A model generated the notes under the pieces. That model worked only from the letters and a program-made list of their open reading frames with translations, did no database searches and was not told the origin of the DNA. From assembly GCA_020349245.1 (NCBI GenBank), contig CP070764.1, forward strand, positions 2,770,723 through 2,834,722: 64,000 nucleotides of DNA, read 5' to 3'. Source of the stretch: Chloroflexota bacterium (lineage in GTDB: Bacteria; Chloroflexota; Anaerolineae; Anaerolineales; UBA4823). A program made the translations under genes and the position numbers. Below are positions 11,301 to 21,252 of the stretch, piece after piece (positions within the stretch are counted from its first letter, which is position 1; the number at the start of each line of letters is the position of its first letter).

Positions 11301-12289
11301 TCAGGGCAATTTCACCCGTATTCGACGGTGCCAAGGAATCGGAGATCGAAGCTGAACTTGCTCGAGCATGGATGATTGAAGAAGCTTGGAAAGAAGCCGG
11401 GGAAAAAGCCTGGGAGTGGTTAAATGGGTTTGAATACGATCCAGAATCGATCAAAGATGATGTTGAAGTCCGCAACTTGTACCTCGAAGCCTGGCTAGGT
11501 GAACGAGATTACGATGTTTACAAGATCGTTTCAGATTATCAATATTCACGGCGAGCTGTATTGAAAGAATGGTTAAAGGATCAAGGATTCGATCCTGAAA
11601 AAATCTTAGATTTTGAGGACATGGAAATACCGGAAAGTGAAGGTCCTGCCCAGGATGAGAGAGCTTTATATGCCTGCTTACGACTCTGGATGCTCGATTT
11701 GGGATACAAAGTGGATAGAACTCCAGAAAACAAGTTGTGGGAACGCGCTAAGAAGGTGATGATGGAAACCAGCCTGCCAATTCCAGTTTTAGGAAAGCAG
11801 AAGGTGCGAGATGGCAAAACAGGTATGCCTTATGATCAACCGGTGACAGTCGGGATCATGTCCATCATGAAGCTTCACCACCTTGTGGAAGACAAGGTAC
11901 ATGCTCGCTCAACAGGCCCATACAGCTTGGTTTCTCAACAACCTTTAGGTGGTAAAGCGCAGTTTGGTGGTCAACGATTCGGTGAGATGGAAGTATGGGC
12001 GCTCGAAGCCTATGGTGCTGCTTATACTCTGCAAGAAATGCTTACTGTGAAATCGGATGATGTCCAGGGTCGCGTGAAGACGTATGAAGCGATTGTAAAA
12101 GGCGAACCGATCGAAGAGCCGAGTATCCCAGCATCTTTTCGAGTCTTGGTTAAGGAGTTGCAGAGCTTGGGGCTGGCTGTTGAAGCGGTGAATGAAACTG
12201 GTGAGATCATTCGCTTTGGAAAGGATGAGGAGCGTTCTCGTCCGCCAAGAGTAAGTACAGGATTGCTTGGCCTTGGAGAGGATTTCTGA
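8384..12289 (+). CDS. rpoB: DNA-directed RNA polymerase subunit beta
   Basis: 1301 aa. Motifs: [66 protein letters not shown]. Confidence 0.98.
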   Translation: MASSVASKSYARIDVTIPLPDLIEVQIESFQRLKSEGLADLFHEISPIESYNKGMKLYFPSRTPESEEWGLKYWFDEPKYSIEDCVERDLTYASPLYVSVLLAGPDVPEPIKQDIFLGDFPEMTEKGTFIINGTERVVVSQLIRSPGVYFEAPIDRSTGRPLAIAKLIPDRGAWMEFETRKSDYLTLRFNRKRIVPVTIFLRALATVDDGLPDPPLKEGTDEELLEIFSDVDNNPDRMFIASTLAQEPEWDLTQGHSIAEEALLEFFRRMRPGDPATLDNAREFLEEQLFDQRHYDLERVGRYKLNQKLQLYEHVNINHRMITKWDLIFLVRRMIAINNGIQSADDIDHLGNRRAKTVGELIQNKLRIGMRRMERVIKERMSIRDQDQLSPITLINIRPVVAALREFFGSSQLSQFMDQTNPLAELRHKRTLSALGPGGLRRERAGFDVRDVHHSHYGRICPIETPEGPNIGLIGRLASFARVNQYGFIETPYRKVLKSLPARDDRLVDRVLREDLEHEKTGKAIGKAGERITKQMARSIPSSGKEEILIVPFVSDEREYLSADEEDKFVIAQANTPLTDNNEFVRGRVSGRLHSGFDFFAPENIDYMDVAPNQTVGISAGLIPFLEHDDANRALMGSNMQAQAVPLVKPDIPQVSTGMEFHAARDSGQVIVAEEDGEVVSVTGKHVLVRNGDGDHLYQLRKYQRSNQSTCIDQRPAVVKGQRIHRGDVIADSSSTDAGELALGQNVTVAFLSWEGANFEDAIVISERLVQDDLYTSVHIEKYEVESRDTRLGPEEITRDIPNVGEDAIKDLDEQGIIRIGAEVGPNDILVGKISPKGERELSPEERLLRAIFGEKSRDVKDTSLRMPHGERGKVVDVKVFTREDNSDLSAGVDMMVRVSVAQRRKITAGDKMAGRHGNKGVVSRVVPAEDMPFLEDGTPIDIILNPTGIPGRMNLGQVLETHLGWAASRLGFRAISPVFDGAKESEIEAELARAWMIEEAWKEAGEKAWEWLNGFEYDPESIKDDVEVRNLYLEAWLGERDYDVYKIVSDYQYSRRAVLKEWLKDQGFDPEKILDFEDMEIPESEGPAQDERALYACLRLWMLDLGYKVDRTPENKLWERAKKVMMETSLPIPVLGKQKVRDGKTGMPYDQPVTVGIMSIMKLHHLVEDKVHARSTGPYSLVSQQPLGGKAQFGGQRFGEMEVWALEAYGAAYTLQEMLTVKSDDVQGRVKTYEAIVKGEPIEEPSIPASFRVLVKELQSLGLAVEAVNETGEIIRFGKDEERSRPPRVSTGLLGLGEDF

Positions 12290-12314
12290 TTACAAATATT
12301 CGATATAAGATAGC

Positions 12315-12343
12315 TTGACGCTCACTGGTGAGCGTGGTAAAAT
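12315..12343 (+). promoter_or_regulatory. Sigma-70-like promoter upstream of rpsL (TTGACG-17-TAAAAT)
   Basis: ttgacg at 12315-12320, a 17-nt spacer, then taaaat at 12338-12343. Confidence 0.5.
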
Positions 12344-12411
12344 CCCAGATCGTTGCCCATTTTCATAATGGTAGGGAATTACCTGCCTATATCGATGTCG
12401 GATAGAATTGC

Positions 12412-12439
12412 GAGGCCATCGCGCACGACCGATGGCCTC
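12412..12439 (+). promoter_or_regulatory. Perfect 10-bp hairpin in the rpsL 5' leader
   Basis: gaggccatcg (12412-12421) and cgatggcctc (12430-12439) pair around an 8-nt loop. No clean U-tract follows, so function (attenuator or protein-binding site) is unknown. Confidence 0.4.
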
Positions 12440-12521
12440 CCTTTATGAAAAAATTAGATACCTTCTGGTTTGAAACAAGTGAAGGCAGGTATTTCTAACA
12501 GAAAGAGAATTGGAGGCACAG

Positions 12522-12941
12522 GTGCCAACGATCAATCAGTTAGTCCGCAAGGGACGTAAATCGAAGAAAGTGAAAAGCAAAGCTCCCGCGCTGTTGTACA
12601 CATTAAATACGAACAAACAGCGCCGAGTTCGTCAGCCGATGGGTGCGCCTCAAAAGCGGGGTGTTTGCACAATCGTCCGTACGATGACTCCCAAGAAGCC
12701 GAACTCCGCCTTACGCAAGATCGCTCGTGTCCGTTTAACAAACGGAATCGAAGTAACGGCTTACATCCCTGGAGAAGGGCATACACTCCAGGAGCACTCT
12801 GTTGTTCTGGTGCGTGGTGGTCGCGTTAAAGACCTGCCAGGTGTACGCTATCACATTGTGCGTGGAACTTTGGATACAGGTGGTGTTTCGGATCGCCGCC
12901 AGGGGAGATCTAAATACGGTTCAAAACGTCCCAAGGAATAG
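12522..12941 (+). CDS. rpsL: 30S ribosomal protein S12
   Basis: GTG at 12522 gives the canonical [13 protein letters not shown]-terminus, with GGAGG 6 nt upstream. [10 protein letters not shown] motif present. Confidence 0.95.
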   Translation: MPTINQLVRKGRKSKKVKSKAPALLYTLNTNKQRRVRQPMGAPQKRGVCTIVRTMTPKKPNSALRKIARVRLTNGIEVTAYIPGEGHTLQEHSVVLVRGGRVKDLPGVRYHIVRGTLDTGGVSDRRQGRSKYGSKRPKE

Positions 12942-13011
12942 GATGTGATCGAAAAGTTATTCTGTTGATGAGTTGCAGATTAACTCTTGAATCATAGTTT
13001 GGAGAATTGGA

Positions 13012-13488
13012 ATGCCAAGACGCTATCGACCAGAGAAGAGAAAGATTGAACCAGATGTACGCTTTCATAACGTGCAGGTTCAATCATTTATTAACCGGGT
13101 GATGAAACGCGGAAAGAAAAGCACCGCGACTCGCTTGGTGTACAAGACTTTCGATATTATTGAGAAGGATTCGAAGAAAGATCCATTGGAGGTCTTCCTT
13201 CAAGCGCTTAAAAATGTTTCCCCGGTGATGGAAGTAAAACCCCGCCGGGTTGGTGGTGCCACCTACCAGGTGCCAATGGAAGTTTCCACAGATCGACAGT
13301 TTGCCCTTGCCACCCGCTGGATATTGGCAGCAACCCGATCGCGCTCCGGCAGGTCTTTCCCAGAAAAGTTGGCTGGCGAATTAATGGATGCCTACAATAA
13401 TACTGGGTCTTCGATCCGCAAGAGAGATGAGACACACAAGATGGCGGAAGCGAACCGCGCATTTTCACATTATCGGATTGGGAGATAA
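13012..13488 (+). CDS. rpsG: 30S ribosomal protein S7
   Basis: MPRR... start, 158 aa, and conserved position between rpsL and fusA. Confidence 0.95.
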   Translation: MPRRYRPEKRKIEPDVRFHNVQVQSFINRVMKRGKKSTATRLVYKTFDIIEKDSKKDPLEVFLQALKNVSPVMEVKPRRVGGATYQVPMEVSTDRQFALATRWILAATRSRSGRSFPEKLAGELMDAYNNTGSSIRKRDETHKMAEANRAFSHYRIGR

Positions 13489-13497
13489 TTCATCATA

Positions 13498-15567
13498 ATG
13501 GATCGTCAGCACCCAATCGAACGGTATAGGAATATAGGCATCATTGCCCATATTGACGCTGGTAAGACAACCACTACCGAGCGTATTTTGTACTATACCG
13601 GAAAGACTCACCGAATTGGCTCTGTCGATGATGGGACAACGGTCACTGATTGGATGGAGCAGGAAAGGGAACGCGGTATTACGATTGTATCAGCTGCTGT
13701 ATCAGCAGTATGGAAAGATTACCAGATCAACATCATCGATACACCAGGACATATTGATTTCACAGCTGAAGTCCAACGATCCTTGCGCGTATTAGATGGC
13801 GGAATTGTCATCTTCGATGCTGTCCAGGGGGTTGAACCGCAAAGCGAAACAGTCTGGCGACAGGCGGATAGGTACCATGTTCCACGGATTTGTTTTGTAA
13901 ACAAGATGGATCGGCTGGGGGCATCTTACGAAAGAACAATGAAGATGATAAAAGACAGATTGGGTGCAAACCCGATCGCTGTTCAAGTCCCCATTGGCTC
14001 AGAAGCTGGATTCAAGGGAGTTGTTGATCTCCTCGCGCAGAAAGCAATTTATTGGGATGAGGGCTTGGGGGATATTCCCCGCGAGGCTGATATCCCATCT
14101 GATATGCAAACTGCTATCGACGAAATGCGTGACCGCATGGTTGAACAAATCGCTGAGACGGATGATGATTTAACGGTCAAGTTCCTTGAAGGGGAGTTCA
14201 TCTCGGTTGAGGAATTAAAGTCTGCTCTGCGAAAGGCAGTTATTGCCAACCTGGCCACGCCGGTTTTCTGTGGTAGTTCGTTAAGGAATAAAGGCGTTCA
14301 ACCGCTTCTTGATGCAATTATCGATTATCTTCCCTCCCCAACGGAAGTCCCCCCGGTGAAGGGATTTGTCCCAGATAAAGACAAGGAAATTGAACGTTAC
14401 CCAGATGATGAAGCACCCTTAAGTGCCTTGGTTTTCAAGATCGTCACTGATCCTTACGTGGGTAGATTGGCGTATTTGCGGGTATATTCAGGCAAAATAA
14501 AACAAGGCACAATGGTTTATAACTCGACCAAGGAGAAGAAGGAACGCATCGGACGCTTGCTCCGCATGTATGCAGATCGCAGGGAAGATGTTGAGGAAGT
14601 CCTGGCTGGCGATATCGGTGCCACCTTAGGTCTTAAGAACTCATTCACAGGCGATACGTTGTGCATATCTTCGGATCAAATCTTGCTCGAAGCCATTTCC
14701 TTCCCAGAACCGGTCATCTCGGTGGCGATTGAACCTAAGACAACTGCAGACCAGGATAAGATGGGTGAGGCTTTACATAAACTGGCGGAAGAAGATCCTA
14801 CTTTCCATGTTCGCCAGGATCCAGATACGGGTCAAACGATTATTTCAGGCATGGGCGAACTGCATCTGGAAATTCTCGTCGACCGCATGCTCCGGGAATT
14901 CAGGGTCCAGGCTAGGGTAGGTCGACCACAGGTCGCCTATCGCGAATCGATCACCCGACCTGTCGAGAAAGCGGAGTTCCGCTATGTTAAGCAAACTGGT
15001 GGAAGAGGCCAATACGGCCATGTTGTCTTGGAGATAGAACCAGGAGAAATCGGATCAGGTATAGAATTCGAAAATGATATTGTTGGTGGTATTATCCCCA
15101 GGGAGTATTTCAACGCAATTGAAAAAGGAATCGTGGAGTCGGCAGAGGCAGGCGTCTTGGCTGGCTACCCTGTGGTAGATGTCAGGGTCAGGCTGTATGA
15201 TGGTTCATATCACGAGGTTGATTCGAGTGAAATGGCATTCAAGATGGCAGCTTCCCTAGCATTTAAAGAAGGGATACAAAAAGCACACCCAGTCTTGTTG
15301 GAACCGATCATGAAAGTAGAAGTTGTCTTACCTGAAGAATATTTAGGTGACACCATTGGTCAGTTAAACGCTCGCCGTGGAGAAATCATGGGAACTGAAA
15401 TGCGACCGGGCAATTCGCAAGCAGTTAAAGCGATGGTTCCACTGGCAGAGATGTTTGGATATGCGACTGACCTGAGGTCAGCTACTCAGGGTAGAGGCGC
15501 ATTTACCATGGAATTCGATCATTACGCCCAAGTGTCTGAGAGCGTAGCAAAATTGGTTATAGCATAG
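13498..15567 (+). CDS. fusA: Elongation factor G
   Basis: [28 protein letters not shown]. 689 aa. Confidence 0.97.
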   Translation: MDRQHPIERYRNIGIIAHIDAGKTTTTERILYYTGKTHRIGSVDDGTTVTDWMEQERERGITIVSAAVSAVWKDYQINIIDTPGHIDFTAEVQRSLRVLDGGIVIFDAVQGVEPQSETVWRQADRYHVPRICFVNKMDRLGASYERTMKMIKDRLGANPIAVQVPIGSEAGFKGVVDLLAQKAIYWDEGLGDIPREADIPSDMQTAIDEMRDRMVEQIAETDDDLTVKFLEGEFISVEELKSALRKAVIANLATPVFCGSSLRNKGVQPLLDAIIDYLPSPTEVPPVKGFVPDKDKEIERYPDDEAPLSALVFKIVTDPYVGRLAYLRVYSGKIKQGTMVYNSTKEKKERIGRLLRMYADRREDVEEVLAGDIGATLGLKNSFTGDTLCISSDQILLEAISFPEPVISVAIEPKTTADQDKMGEALHKLAEEDPTFHVRQDPDTGQTIISGMGELHLEILVDRMLREFRVQARVGRPQVAYRESITRPVEKAEFRYVKQTGGRGQYGHVVLEIEPGEIGSGIEFENDIVGGIIPREYFNAIEKGIVESAEAGVLAGYPVVDVRVRLYDGSYHEVDSSEMAFKMAASLAFKEGIQKAHPVLLEPIMKVEVVLPEEYLGDTIGQLNARRGEIMGTEMRPGNSQAVKAMVPLAEMFGYATDLRSATQGRGAFTMEFDHYAQVSESVAKLVIA

Positions 15568-15603
15568 AAGTTATCACAATGAATTATTCGCAGGAGAGGA
15601 ATT

Positions 15604-16806
15604 ATGGCCAAGCAGAAATTTGAGCGGACGAAGCCACACATGAATGTGGGCACGATGGGACACATCGACCATGGCAAAACGACGCTGACGGCAGCAATCA
15701 CCAAGTATTGTTCCTTTTCGGGTTATGGTGACTACCGGCCGTTTGAATCGATCGACAATGCCCCGGAAGAGAAAGAGCGCGGCATCACGATCAACATTGC
15801 CCACGTGGAGTATGAGACGGAAAAGCGTCACTATGCCCACGTAGACATGCCCGGACACCGGGACTATATCAAGAACATGATCACCGGTGCGGCGCAGGTG
15901 GATGGGGCGATCCTGGTGGTTGCGGCCCCTGAAGGTGCCATGCCGCAGACCCGTGAGCATGTATTGCTGGCCCGGCAGGTGGAAGTGCCAGCCATTGTGG
16001 TCTACCTGAACAAGGTCGACATGATGGATGACCCGGAACTGCTGGAGCTGGTCGAGTTGGAACTGCGCGAACTGCTCAACGAGTATGGTTTCCCTGGGGA
16101 CGAGACCCCGATCGTGCGGGGCAGCGCCCTGGAGGCACTGCAGAGCACTTCGACTGACCCGGACGCTGAAGAGTATGCCAGCATCAAGGAACTGCTGCGG
16201 GTCGTGGATGAGTACATCCCTGAGCCGGTGCGTGAGGTAGACAAACCCTTCATGATGTCTGTGGAGGATGTATTCTCGATCAAGGGTCGTGGCACGGTGG
16301 TGACCGGACGTGTGGACCGCGGCAAGGTCAAAACCAGCGACCCGGTTGAGATCGTTGGCCTGCAGGAAGAGATCCCCAGCTCGGTGGTGACCGGTGTGGA
16401 GATGTTCCACAAGACCCTGGACCAGGGTCAGGCAGGGGACAACCTGGGCCTGCTGCTGCGGGGTATTGACCGGGACGAAGTGGAGCGCGGCATGGTGATC
16501 GCCGCCCCGGGGAGCATCACACCCCACACCAAGTTCATGAGCGAGGTCTACGTGTTGAAGCGGGATGAAGGTGGGCGGCACAAAGCCTTCTTCAGTGGCT
16601 ACCGACCGCAGTTTTTCGTCCGCACAATGGATGTGACCGGGACCATCCAGCTGCCGGAAGGCGTGGAGATGGTGATGCCCGGGGACAATGTGAACCTGGA
16701 AGTGGAGTTGATCGTGCCGGTGGCGCTGGAGCAGGGCTCCAAGTTCGCCATCCGTGAAGGCGGTCTGACCGTCGGCGCTGGTGTGATCACTAAGATCATT
16801 AAATAG
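15604..16806 (+). CDS. tuf: Elongation factor Tu
   Basis: [37 protein letters not shown]. 400 aa. Visibly more G/C-rich than neighbouring genes. Confidence 0.98.
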   Translation: MAKQKFERTKPHMNVGTMGHIDHGKTTLTAAITKYCSFSGYGDYRPFESIDNAPEEKERGITINIAHVEYETEKRHYAHVDMPGHRDYIKNMITGAAQVDGAILVVAAPEGAMPQTREHVLLARQVEVPAIVVYLNKVDMMDDPELLELVELELRELLNEYGFPGDETPIVRGSALEALQSTSTDPDAEEYASIKELLRVVDEYIPEPVREVDKPFMMSVEDVFSIKGRGTVVTGRVDRGKVKTSDPVEIVGLQEEIPSSVVTGVEMFHKTLDQGQAGDNLGLLLRGIDRDEVERGMVIAAPGSITPHTKFMSEVYVLKRDEGGRHKAFFSGYRPQFFVRTMDVTGTIQLPEGVEMVMPGDNVNLEVELIVPVALEQGSKFAIREGGLTVGAGVITKIIK

Positions 16807-16822
16807 TAACTGGTAATCGATT

Positions 16823-16984
16823 ATGGCTAAAGACATCAGACCTGTCATAACCTTGGCATGCACCGAGTGTAAAGAACGCAACTATACCTCGGAGAAGAAC
16901 CGCCGAAATGATCCGGGTCGTTTAGAATTAAATAAGTATTGCCCACGGTGTAGAACTCATAGATTACACCGGGAGACAAAGTAG
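16823..16984 (+). CDS. rpmG: 50S ribosomal protein L33 (not in the ORF track, below the 60-aa cutoff)
   Basis: Hand translation gives [53 protein letters not shown] (53 aa), with the Cys4 zinc-ribbon pattern. It sits in the classical position before tRNA-Trp/secE/nusG. Confidence 0.9.
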   Translation: MAKDIRPVITLACTECKERNYTSEKNRRNDPGRLELNKYCPRCRTHRLHRETK

Positions 16985-17045
16985 TCACCTTGGCTGGCGG
17001 CATCTGGCGAATGGCCATGAATTTCTTGCCACCAGCCTTGAACAA

Positions 17046-17118
17046 AGGCCAGTAGCTCAACTGGAAGAGCACTCGTCTCCAAAACGAGCGGTTGTGGGTT
17101 CAAGTCCTACCTGGCCTG
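17046..17118 (+). tRNA. trnW: tRNA-Trp (anticodon CCA)
   Basis: Cloverleaf folded by hand. Acceptor AGGCCAG/CTGGCCT, D stem GCTC/GAGC, anticodon stem CTCGT/ACGAG with loop CTCCAAA, T stem GTGGG/CCTAC with loop TTCAAGT. No 3' CCA is encoded. Confidence 0.9.
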
Positions 17119-17131
17119 CCTGAAGGAAGGC

Positions 17132-17157
17132 AACGCCGTCCATAGAGGCGGCGTTTT
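17132..17157 (+). terminator. Hairpin after tRNA-Trp (weak terminator or processing signal)
   Basis: aacgccgtc / gaggcggcgtt form a ~9-bp stem followed by only TTTT. Confidence 0.3.
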
Positions 17158-17231
17158 GCCCGTAACTTGCAGTGCCTGGTCACTGTAAATCATGTTCGTA
17201 AGCCGAACAGAAATGCCAGAAGGAGAATTCT

Positions 17232-17453
17232 GTGGCAAAAGCTGATAAAAAACCTGCTCGCAAACAACAAAATTTTGTGACGCGATATTTCCGCGAGACT
17301 ACCGGTGAATTGCGTAAAGTAACCTGGCCAACCCGCCAGGAGGCTACCAGCTTGACCATCGTTGTGTTAATTGTTATCGCCCTGATGAGCACATTTCTCG
17401 GTCTTTTAGATTTTGTGTATTCACGATTCTTCATCACGATTTTGGGATCTTGA
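17232..17453 (+). CDS. secE: Preprotein translocase subunit SecE
   Basis: GTG start, 73 aa. It has the RYFRETTGELRKVTWPTRQE motif, a single C-terminal TM helix, and sits before nusG. Confidence 0.9.
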   Translation: MAKADKKPARKQQNFVTRYFRETTGELRKVTWPTRQEATSLTIVVLIVIALMSTFLGLLDFVYSRFFITILGS

Positions 17454-17514
17454 ACATCGCTGGAAAGTCTTGAGGAATTATCAGTCTTTTGGTCGCACTT
17501 GTTAGAATGTAGGA

Positions 17515-18582
17515 ATGGAAGCTATGGTATTTTCCGAACAGGAAGAAAAAACTTTTAACTCTGCAGAAACTCCCGATGCAGGCGAGGTCGAATCAACATC
17601 GGTCGAAGCCGAGATGGCCGCTGATGAAGTTGAGGCACCTGCTGAAGGAGAAGTGGTACCTGCTGCAGAAGAAGAAACTGAAGCGCTTTCCGATCAAAGC
17701 AGACAGAGTGATTCGGAGTCAACCACCCAGCCTGAAGAGGCGCAGGAAGTTGAAACAACCGAAGCTGAGCTGCCTGATTTGGAGACCGATCTCACCTCAG
17801 GTGAACTGCAGGAAAATGAACAGATTGAAACGCCATCTGCGATGGTAGAAGATGATATTCAAGAGACAATCGCAGAACCCAATGGTGATGAGCTGGCAGA
17901 AAGCGAGCTGGATGAGCAGGAACCAGGCGTCGAAGCGGATGATTTGCTGCCTGAGGCAGTCCAGGAATCCGACACAACCCCAGATGAGGCAGACTCCGCG
18001 GATATGTCCTTCGATTTCCTTGATGAAGATCAGATGGAAGTGGTCGAAGGTGAAGAAGACGGTCGCTCATGGTATGTTGTACACTGCTACTCCGGATACG
18101 AAAACAAAGTGCGCCATAACCTTGAACAGCGAATCGAGACGATGGGCATGAAAGATAAAATTTTCGATATCGTTGTACCTACCGAAGAGGAAATTGAAGT
18201 TCGCGAAGGTAAACGGCGAACGGTTGAGCGCCGTGTATTTCCGGGATACATCCTGGTGAACATGGTAATGACCGAAGAATCCTGGTACGTTGTCCGCAAT
18301 ACCCCTGGAGTAACTGGGTTTGTTGGTATGGGCAATACACCGACACCGCTGCGCCCTGAAGAGGTATCCCAGATTATTAAGCGCATGGAGGCAGAAGCTC
18401 CCCGGATCAAGGTTACCTTTAAATCTGGTGAAAGAGTGCGGATTGTCGATGGTCCTTTCAACGACTTTCGCGGGACGGTATCCGAAATCGATATGGAACG
18501 AGCAAAAGTTCGGGTCATGGTCAATTTCTTCGGGCGCGAAACACCGGTAGAATTAGATTTTCTTCAGGTTGAAAAAACCTGA
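17515..18582 (+). CDS. nusG: Transcription termination/antitermination factor NusG with a ~183-aa acidic N-terminal extension
   Basis: The NGN domain starts at RSWYVVHCYSGYENKV (about aa 184) and a KOW domain (GERVRIVDGPFNDFRGTVSEI) follows. The N-terminal 183 aa are Glu/Asp/Thr-rich with almost no basic residues. Confidence 0.9.
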   Translation: MEAMVFSEQEEKTFNSAETPDAGEVESTSVEAEMAADEVEAPAEGEVVPAAEEETEALSDQSRQSDSESTTQPEEAQEVETTEAELPDLETDLTSGELQENEQIETPSAMVEDDIQETIAEPNGDELAESELDEQEPGVEADDLLPEAVQESDTTPDEADSADMSFDFLDEDQMEVVEGEEDGRSWYVVHCYSGYENKVRHNLEQRIETMGMKDKIFDIVVPTEEEIEVREGKRRTVERRVFPGYILVNMVMTEESWYVVRNTPGVTGFVGMGNTPTPLRPEEVSQIIKRMEAEAPRIKVTFKSGERVRIVDGPFNDFRGTVSEIDMERAKVRVMVNFFGRETPVELDFLQVEKT

Positions 18583-18598
18583 GTAATATTTCATTTTT

Positions 18599-18634
18599 AG
18601 TGGGAGGGTGAGCGCATCTCGCCCGATAAAACCA
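18599..18634 (+). promoter_or_regulatory. Candidate L1-binding leader element upstream of rplK
   Basis: GTGGGAGGGTGAGCGCATCTCGCCCGATAA contains a 7-bp hairpin (gggtgag/ctcgccc). The motif GTGGGAGGG..CTCGCC.GATAA recurs upstream of rplA. Confidence 0.45.
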
Positions 18635-18648
18635 CGAAGGAGAAAAGA

Positions 18649-19077
18649 GTGGCAAAGAAAATACAAGCAATCGTACGTTTACAGATTGAGGCGGGAAAAG
18701 CAAACCCGGCTCCCCCCATCGGCCCTGCATTGGCAGGACATGGGATCAACTTGATGGCATTTTGTAAAGAATATAATGCCCGCACTTCAAATCGCCCGGG
18801 TGAGATTATTCCTGCTGAGATCAGCGTTTACACCGATGGATCTTTTTCTTTTATTCTGAAAACCCCACCAGCTTCCGTTCTATTGAGGAAAGCCGCGGGG
18901 ATTGAAAAAGGATCTGCGAACCCTCCGCGAGAGAAAGTTGGTACTGTCACTCGCAGCCAGGTGAAAGAGATCGCAGAGATCAAAATGAAAGATCTAAACG
19001 CCAACGATATTGAAAGTGCAATGCGCCAGATTGAAGGCACTGCCCGCAATATGGGATTGGATGTAGTCGAAAAATAA
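18649..19077 (+). CDS. rplK: 50S ribosomal protein L11
   Basis: GTG start. [22 protein letters not shown] motif. 142 aa. Confidence 0.95.
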   Translation: MAKKIQAIVRLQIEAGKANPAPPIGPALAGHGINLMAFCKEYNARTSNRPGEIIPAEISVYTDGSFSFILKTPPASVLLRKAAGIEKGSANPPREKVGTVTRSQVKEIAEIKMKDLNANDIESAMRQIEGTARNMGLDVVEK

Positions 19078-19080
19078 CCT

Positions 19081-19110
19081 GTGGGAGGGCATCACCTCGC
19101 CAGATAATCC
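19081..19110 (+). promoter_or_regulatory. Second copy of the candidate L1-binding element, upstream of rplA
   Basis: GTGGGAGGGCATCACCTCGCCAGATAA shares GTGGGAGGG and CTCGCC-N-GATAA with 18600-18630. Confidence 0.45.
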
Positions 19111-19149
19111 AATCTGCGGTGAGCCCATTTGAACCACCAAGGAGATAGT

Positions 19150-19869
19150 ATGGGAAAGCATGGAAAAAAATACCTGGCGGCAGTCGATAAAATTGACCGC
19201 CAAAAAGATTACGAACCACAAGAGGCAATAAAATTAGCCAAGGATACTTCAACCACGAACTTCGATGCTACTGTTGAAGTACACATCCGCCTAGGCGTGG
19301 ATCCCAGACATGCGGATCAGCAGGTACGTGACGTGGCTGTTCTCCCCCATGGACTTGGGAAATCTGTGCGGGTGTTAGTCTTCGCCCAAGGCGAAGGGGC
19401 ATCCCTGGCCCGTGAAGCCGGCGCAGATATTGTCGCTGATGACGAGGAAACGCTGAATAGAATTCAAAATGGCTGGACAGAATTCGATGTCGCCATCGCC
19501 ACCCCAGACATGATGGGCAAAGTTGGTCGCCTCGGAAGGGTTCTAGGACCACGCGGCTTGATGCCAAACCCCAAAGCAGGAACCGTTGTCCCTGAAGAAC
19601 ACCTACCGCGAGTGATTGAAGAATCCAAAGCAGGCAGGGTTGAATTCCGAGTGGATAAAACGGCTAATCTGCATGTCCCAATTGGCAAGGTGTCGTTCTC
19701 AGATGATGCATTGTATGATAATATGGCTGTGCTCATGGATTCGATCAAGAAATCCAAGCCCCCTGCAGCAAAAGGCACTTATATTCGCCGCGTGACCTTG
19801 ACGACCACGATGGGACCTGGCATTAAGGTTGATGCAAACCAAGCACAAATGATGGAGGCAAGCGAGTAA
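19150..19869 (+). CDS. rplA: 50S ribosomal protein L1
   Basis: ATG at 19150 is preceded by AAGGAG. The sequence [16 protein letters not shown]... is L1-like. The track ORF start at 19129 is probably too early. Confidence 0.93.
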   Translation: MGKHGKKYLAAVDKIDRQKDYEPQEAIKLAKDTSTTNFDATVEVHIRLGVDPRHADQQVRDVAVLPHGLGKSVRVLVFAQGEGASLAREAGADIVADDEETLNRIQNGWTEFDVAIATPDMMGKVGRLGRVLGPRGLMPNPKAGTVVPEEHLPRVIEESKAGRVEFRVDKTANLHVPIGKVSFSDDALYDNMAVLMDSIKKSKPPAAKGTYIRRVTLTTTMGPGIKVDANQAQMMEASE

Positions 19870-20066
19870 CAACTACTTAGATTTCCTGCTACCGGTTTAA
19901 TCCGGATAACAAACTGCTTCGCCAGAGACAGCAGGTGCATTGGGTATTGACTCCCAACGCTTAATCCCCTGCCGAGGTGGAGACAACTCCTGCAAATATA
20001 TGCAAATCCCGATTCCAGGGAGAGGAGAGTCTTTGCCCGGCAAGTTGCGAGGCAAAGATTTTTTTT
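19870..20066 (+). promoter_or_regulatory. rplJ 5' leader (L10-leader-like structured region)
   Basis: A 195-nt untranslated spacer between rplA and rplJ ends in a terminator-like hairpin. This position corresponds to the L10(L12)4 autoregulatory leaders known in many bacteria. The fold was not verified. Confidence 0.45.
20030..20066 (+). terminator. Attenuator-type intrinsic terminator at the end of the rplJ leader
   Basis: tctttgcc (20030-20037) pairs with ggcaaaga (20051-20058) and is followed by an 8-T run (20059-20066), immediately before the rplJ RBS. Confidence 0.65.
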
Positions 20067-20085
20067 GAAAGGAGGCAAGAAACCA

Positions 20086-20622
20086 TTGGCTGTATCAAAA
20101 GAACGTAAAAAAGATATTGTGGCTACCTATCAAGATTGGTTAGGAAATAGTCAGGCAGTCTTTCTGGCTGAATACACAGGCTTAACCATGAAAGATATGG
20201 ACGCCTTGCGGGACAAGGTACGCGAGGCTGGTGGAGAGTTTCACGTGATAAAGAACACTCTCGCCAAGCTGGCATTCGAAGGTGAGGGCTATGAAGTTCC
20301 CCTAGATTTCTTCTCGGGAAGCACTGCAGCCGGATTCGCTTTTGAGGATGCACCTGGAATGGCAAAAGCAATTGCGGATTATTCTAAATCCGTCGGGTTC
20401 CTCAAGGTAAAAGGCGGTTTTCTAGAGAAAAACTTTCTCAGCGCCGAAGAAGTCCAGGCTTTTGCTGAACTGCCACCCCTACCTATCGTACAAGCCCAGC
20501 TGCTCGGTACCCTGATGGCACCCGCGACCAAACTGGTTCGCACAATAATCGAACCAGCCCGCCAGTTAGCTTCTGTTATGCAGGCACGTGTGGATTCAGA
20601 AGCTGTCCCCGCGGAAAGCTGA
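20086..20622 (+). CDS. rplJ: 50S ribosomal protein L10
   Basis: L10-like sequence (AVSKERKKDIV..., AVFLAEYTGLTMKDMDALRDKVR). TTG at 20086 lies 10 nt after AAAGGAGG. The track start TTG 20065 lies inside the T-run/RBS, so the start is uncertain by 7 codons. Confidence 0.9.
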   Translation: MAVSKERKKDIVATYQDWLGNSQAVFLAEYTGLTMKDMDALRDKVREAGGEFHVIKNTLAKLAFEGEGYEVPLDFFSGSTAAGFAFEDAPGMAKAIADYSKSVGFLKVKGGFLEKNFLSAEEVQAFAELPPLPIVQAQLLGTLMAPATKLVRTIIEPARQLASVMQARVDSEAVPAES

Positions 20623-20679
20623 ACATGAATCAATCAAATATTCAATATAAATTATTATTTACTAGGAGAAAGAATTAAA

Positions 20680-21063
20680 ATGGCTAATGTAGAAAAAATC
20701 CTCGACCAACTGAATGAACTCACCGTACTCGAAATGGCAGAGTTGGTTAAGAAAGCTGAAGAACTTTGGGGTGTTTCTGCGGCTGCACCAGTCGCTGTCG
20801 CCGCGGCAGCAGGTCCAGCTGCGGCTGCCGCGGCTGAACCAGAAGAAGAGAAAACCGAATTCGATGTGGTTATCAAGGATGCCGGACCGAAGAAGATCGA
20901 GGTCATCAAAGCTATCCGCCAGATGACCAGTCTCGGTTTGAAGGAAGCGAAAGAATTGGCAGAAACACCGGATGCGAAAGTGCTCGAGGCTGTTGGTAAA
21001 GAAGCTGCCAGCGATGCGAAATCCAAGCTGGAAGCGGCCGGCGCGACTGTTGAAGTTGCTTAA
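20680..21063 (+). CDS. rplL: 50S ribosomal protein L7/L12
   Basis: Ala-rich hinge plus C-terminal domain [39 protein letters not shown]. Confidence 0.96.
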   Translation: MANVEKILDQLNELTVLEMAELVKKAEELWGVSAAAPVAVAAAAGPAAAAAAEPEEEKTEFDVVIKDAGPKKIEVIKAIRQMTSLGLKEAKELAETPDAKVLEAVGKEAASDAKSKLEAAGATVEVA

Positions 21064-21082
21064 TTTACCTACATGAAGGCTC

Positions 21083-21112
21083 AGGCCGCCTGGAACCAGG
21101 CGGCCTTTTTTC
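21083..21112 (+). terminator. Rho-independent terminator after rplL
   Basis: aggccgcctgg / ccaggcggcct form an 11-bp stem with a 2-nt loop, then tttttt. Confidence 0.8.
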
Positions 21113-21252
21113 TTTGCCCATGGTGTGGTATATTGATGAGAATTCAATTAATCCCTGATCGATGGATTAATTATGATCAGACCTTAATGGGATAATAAGA
21201 TCACCTTAACAAATACTTCAGGTTAATTGACATCGATTAGTCAGGAGGGCAT

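Noticed and set aside
15574-16881. 435-aa ORF on the minus strand
   Set aside because: It is exactly antisense to tuf. Its His/Arg/Gly/Leu-rich composition has no recognisable motifs. It is a stop-free shadow frame created by the GC3-rich codon usage of tuf.
20655-21147. Minus-strand ORFs of 123 and 161 aa
   Set aside because: They are antisense to rplL and Ala/Ser-rich, because they mirror the Ala-rich L12 hinge. They are shadow ORFs.
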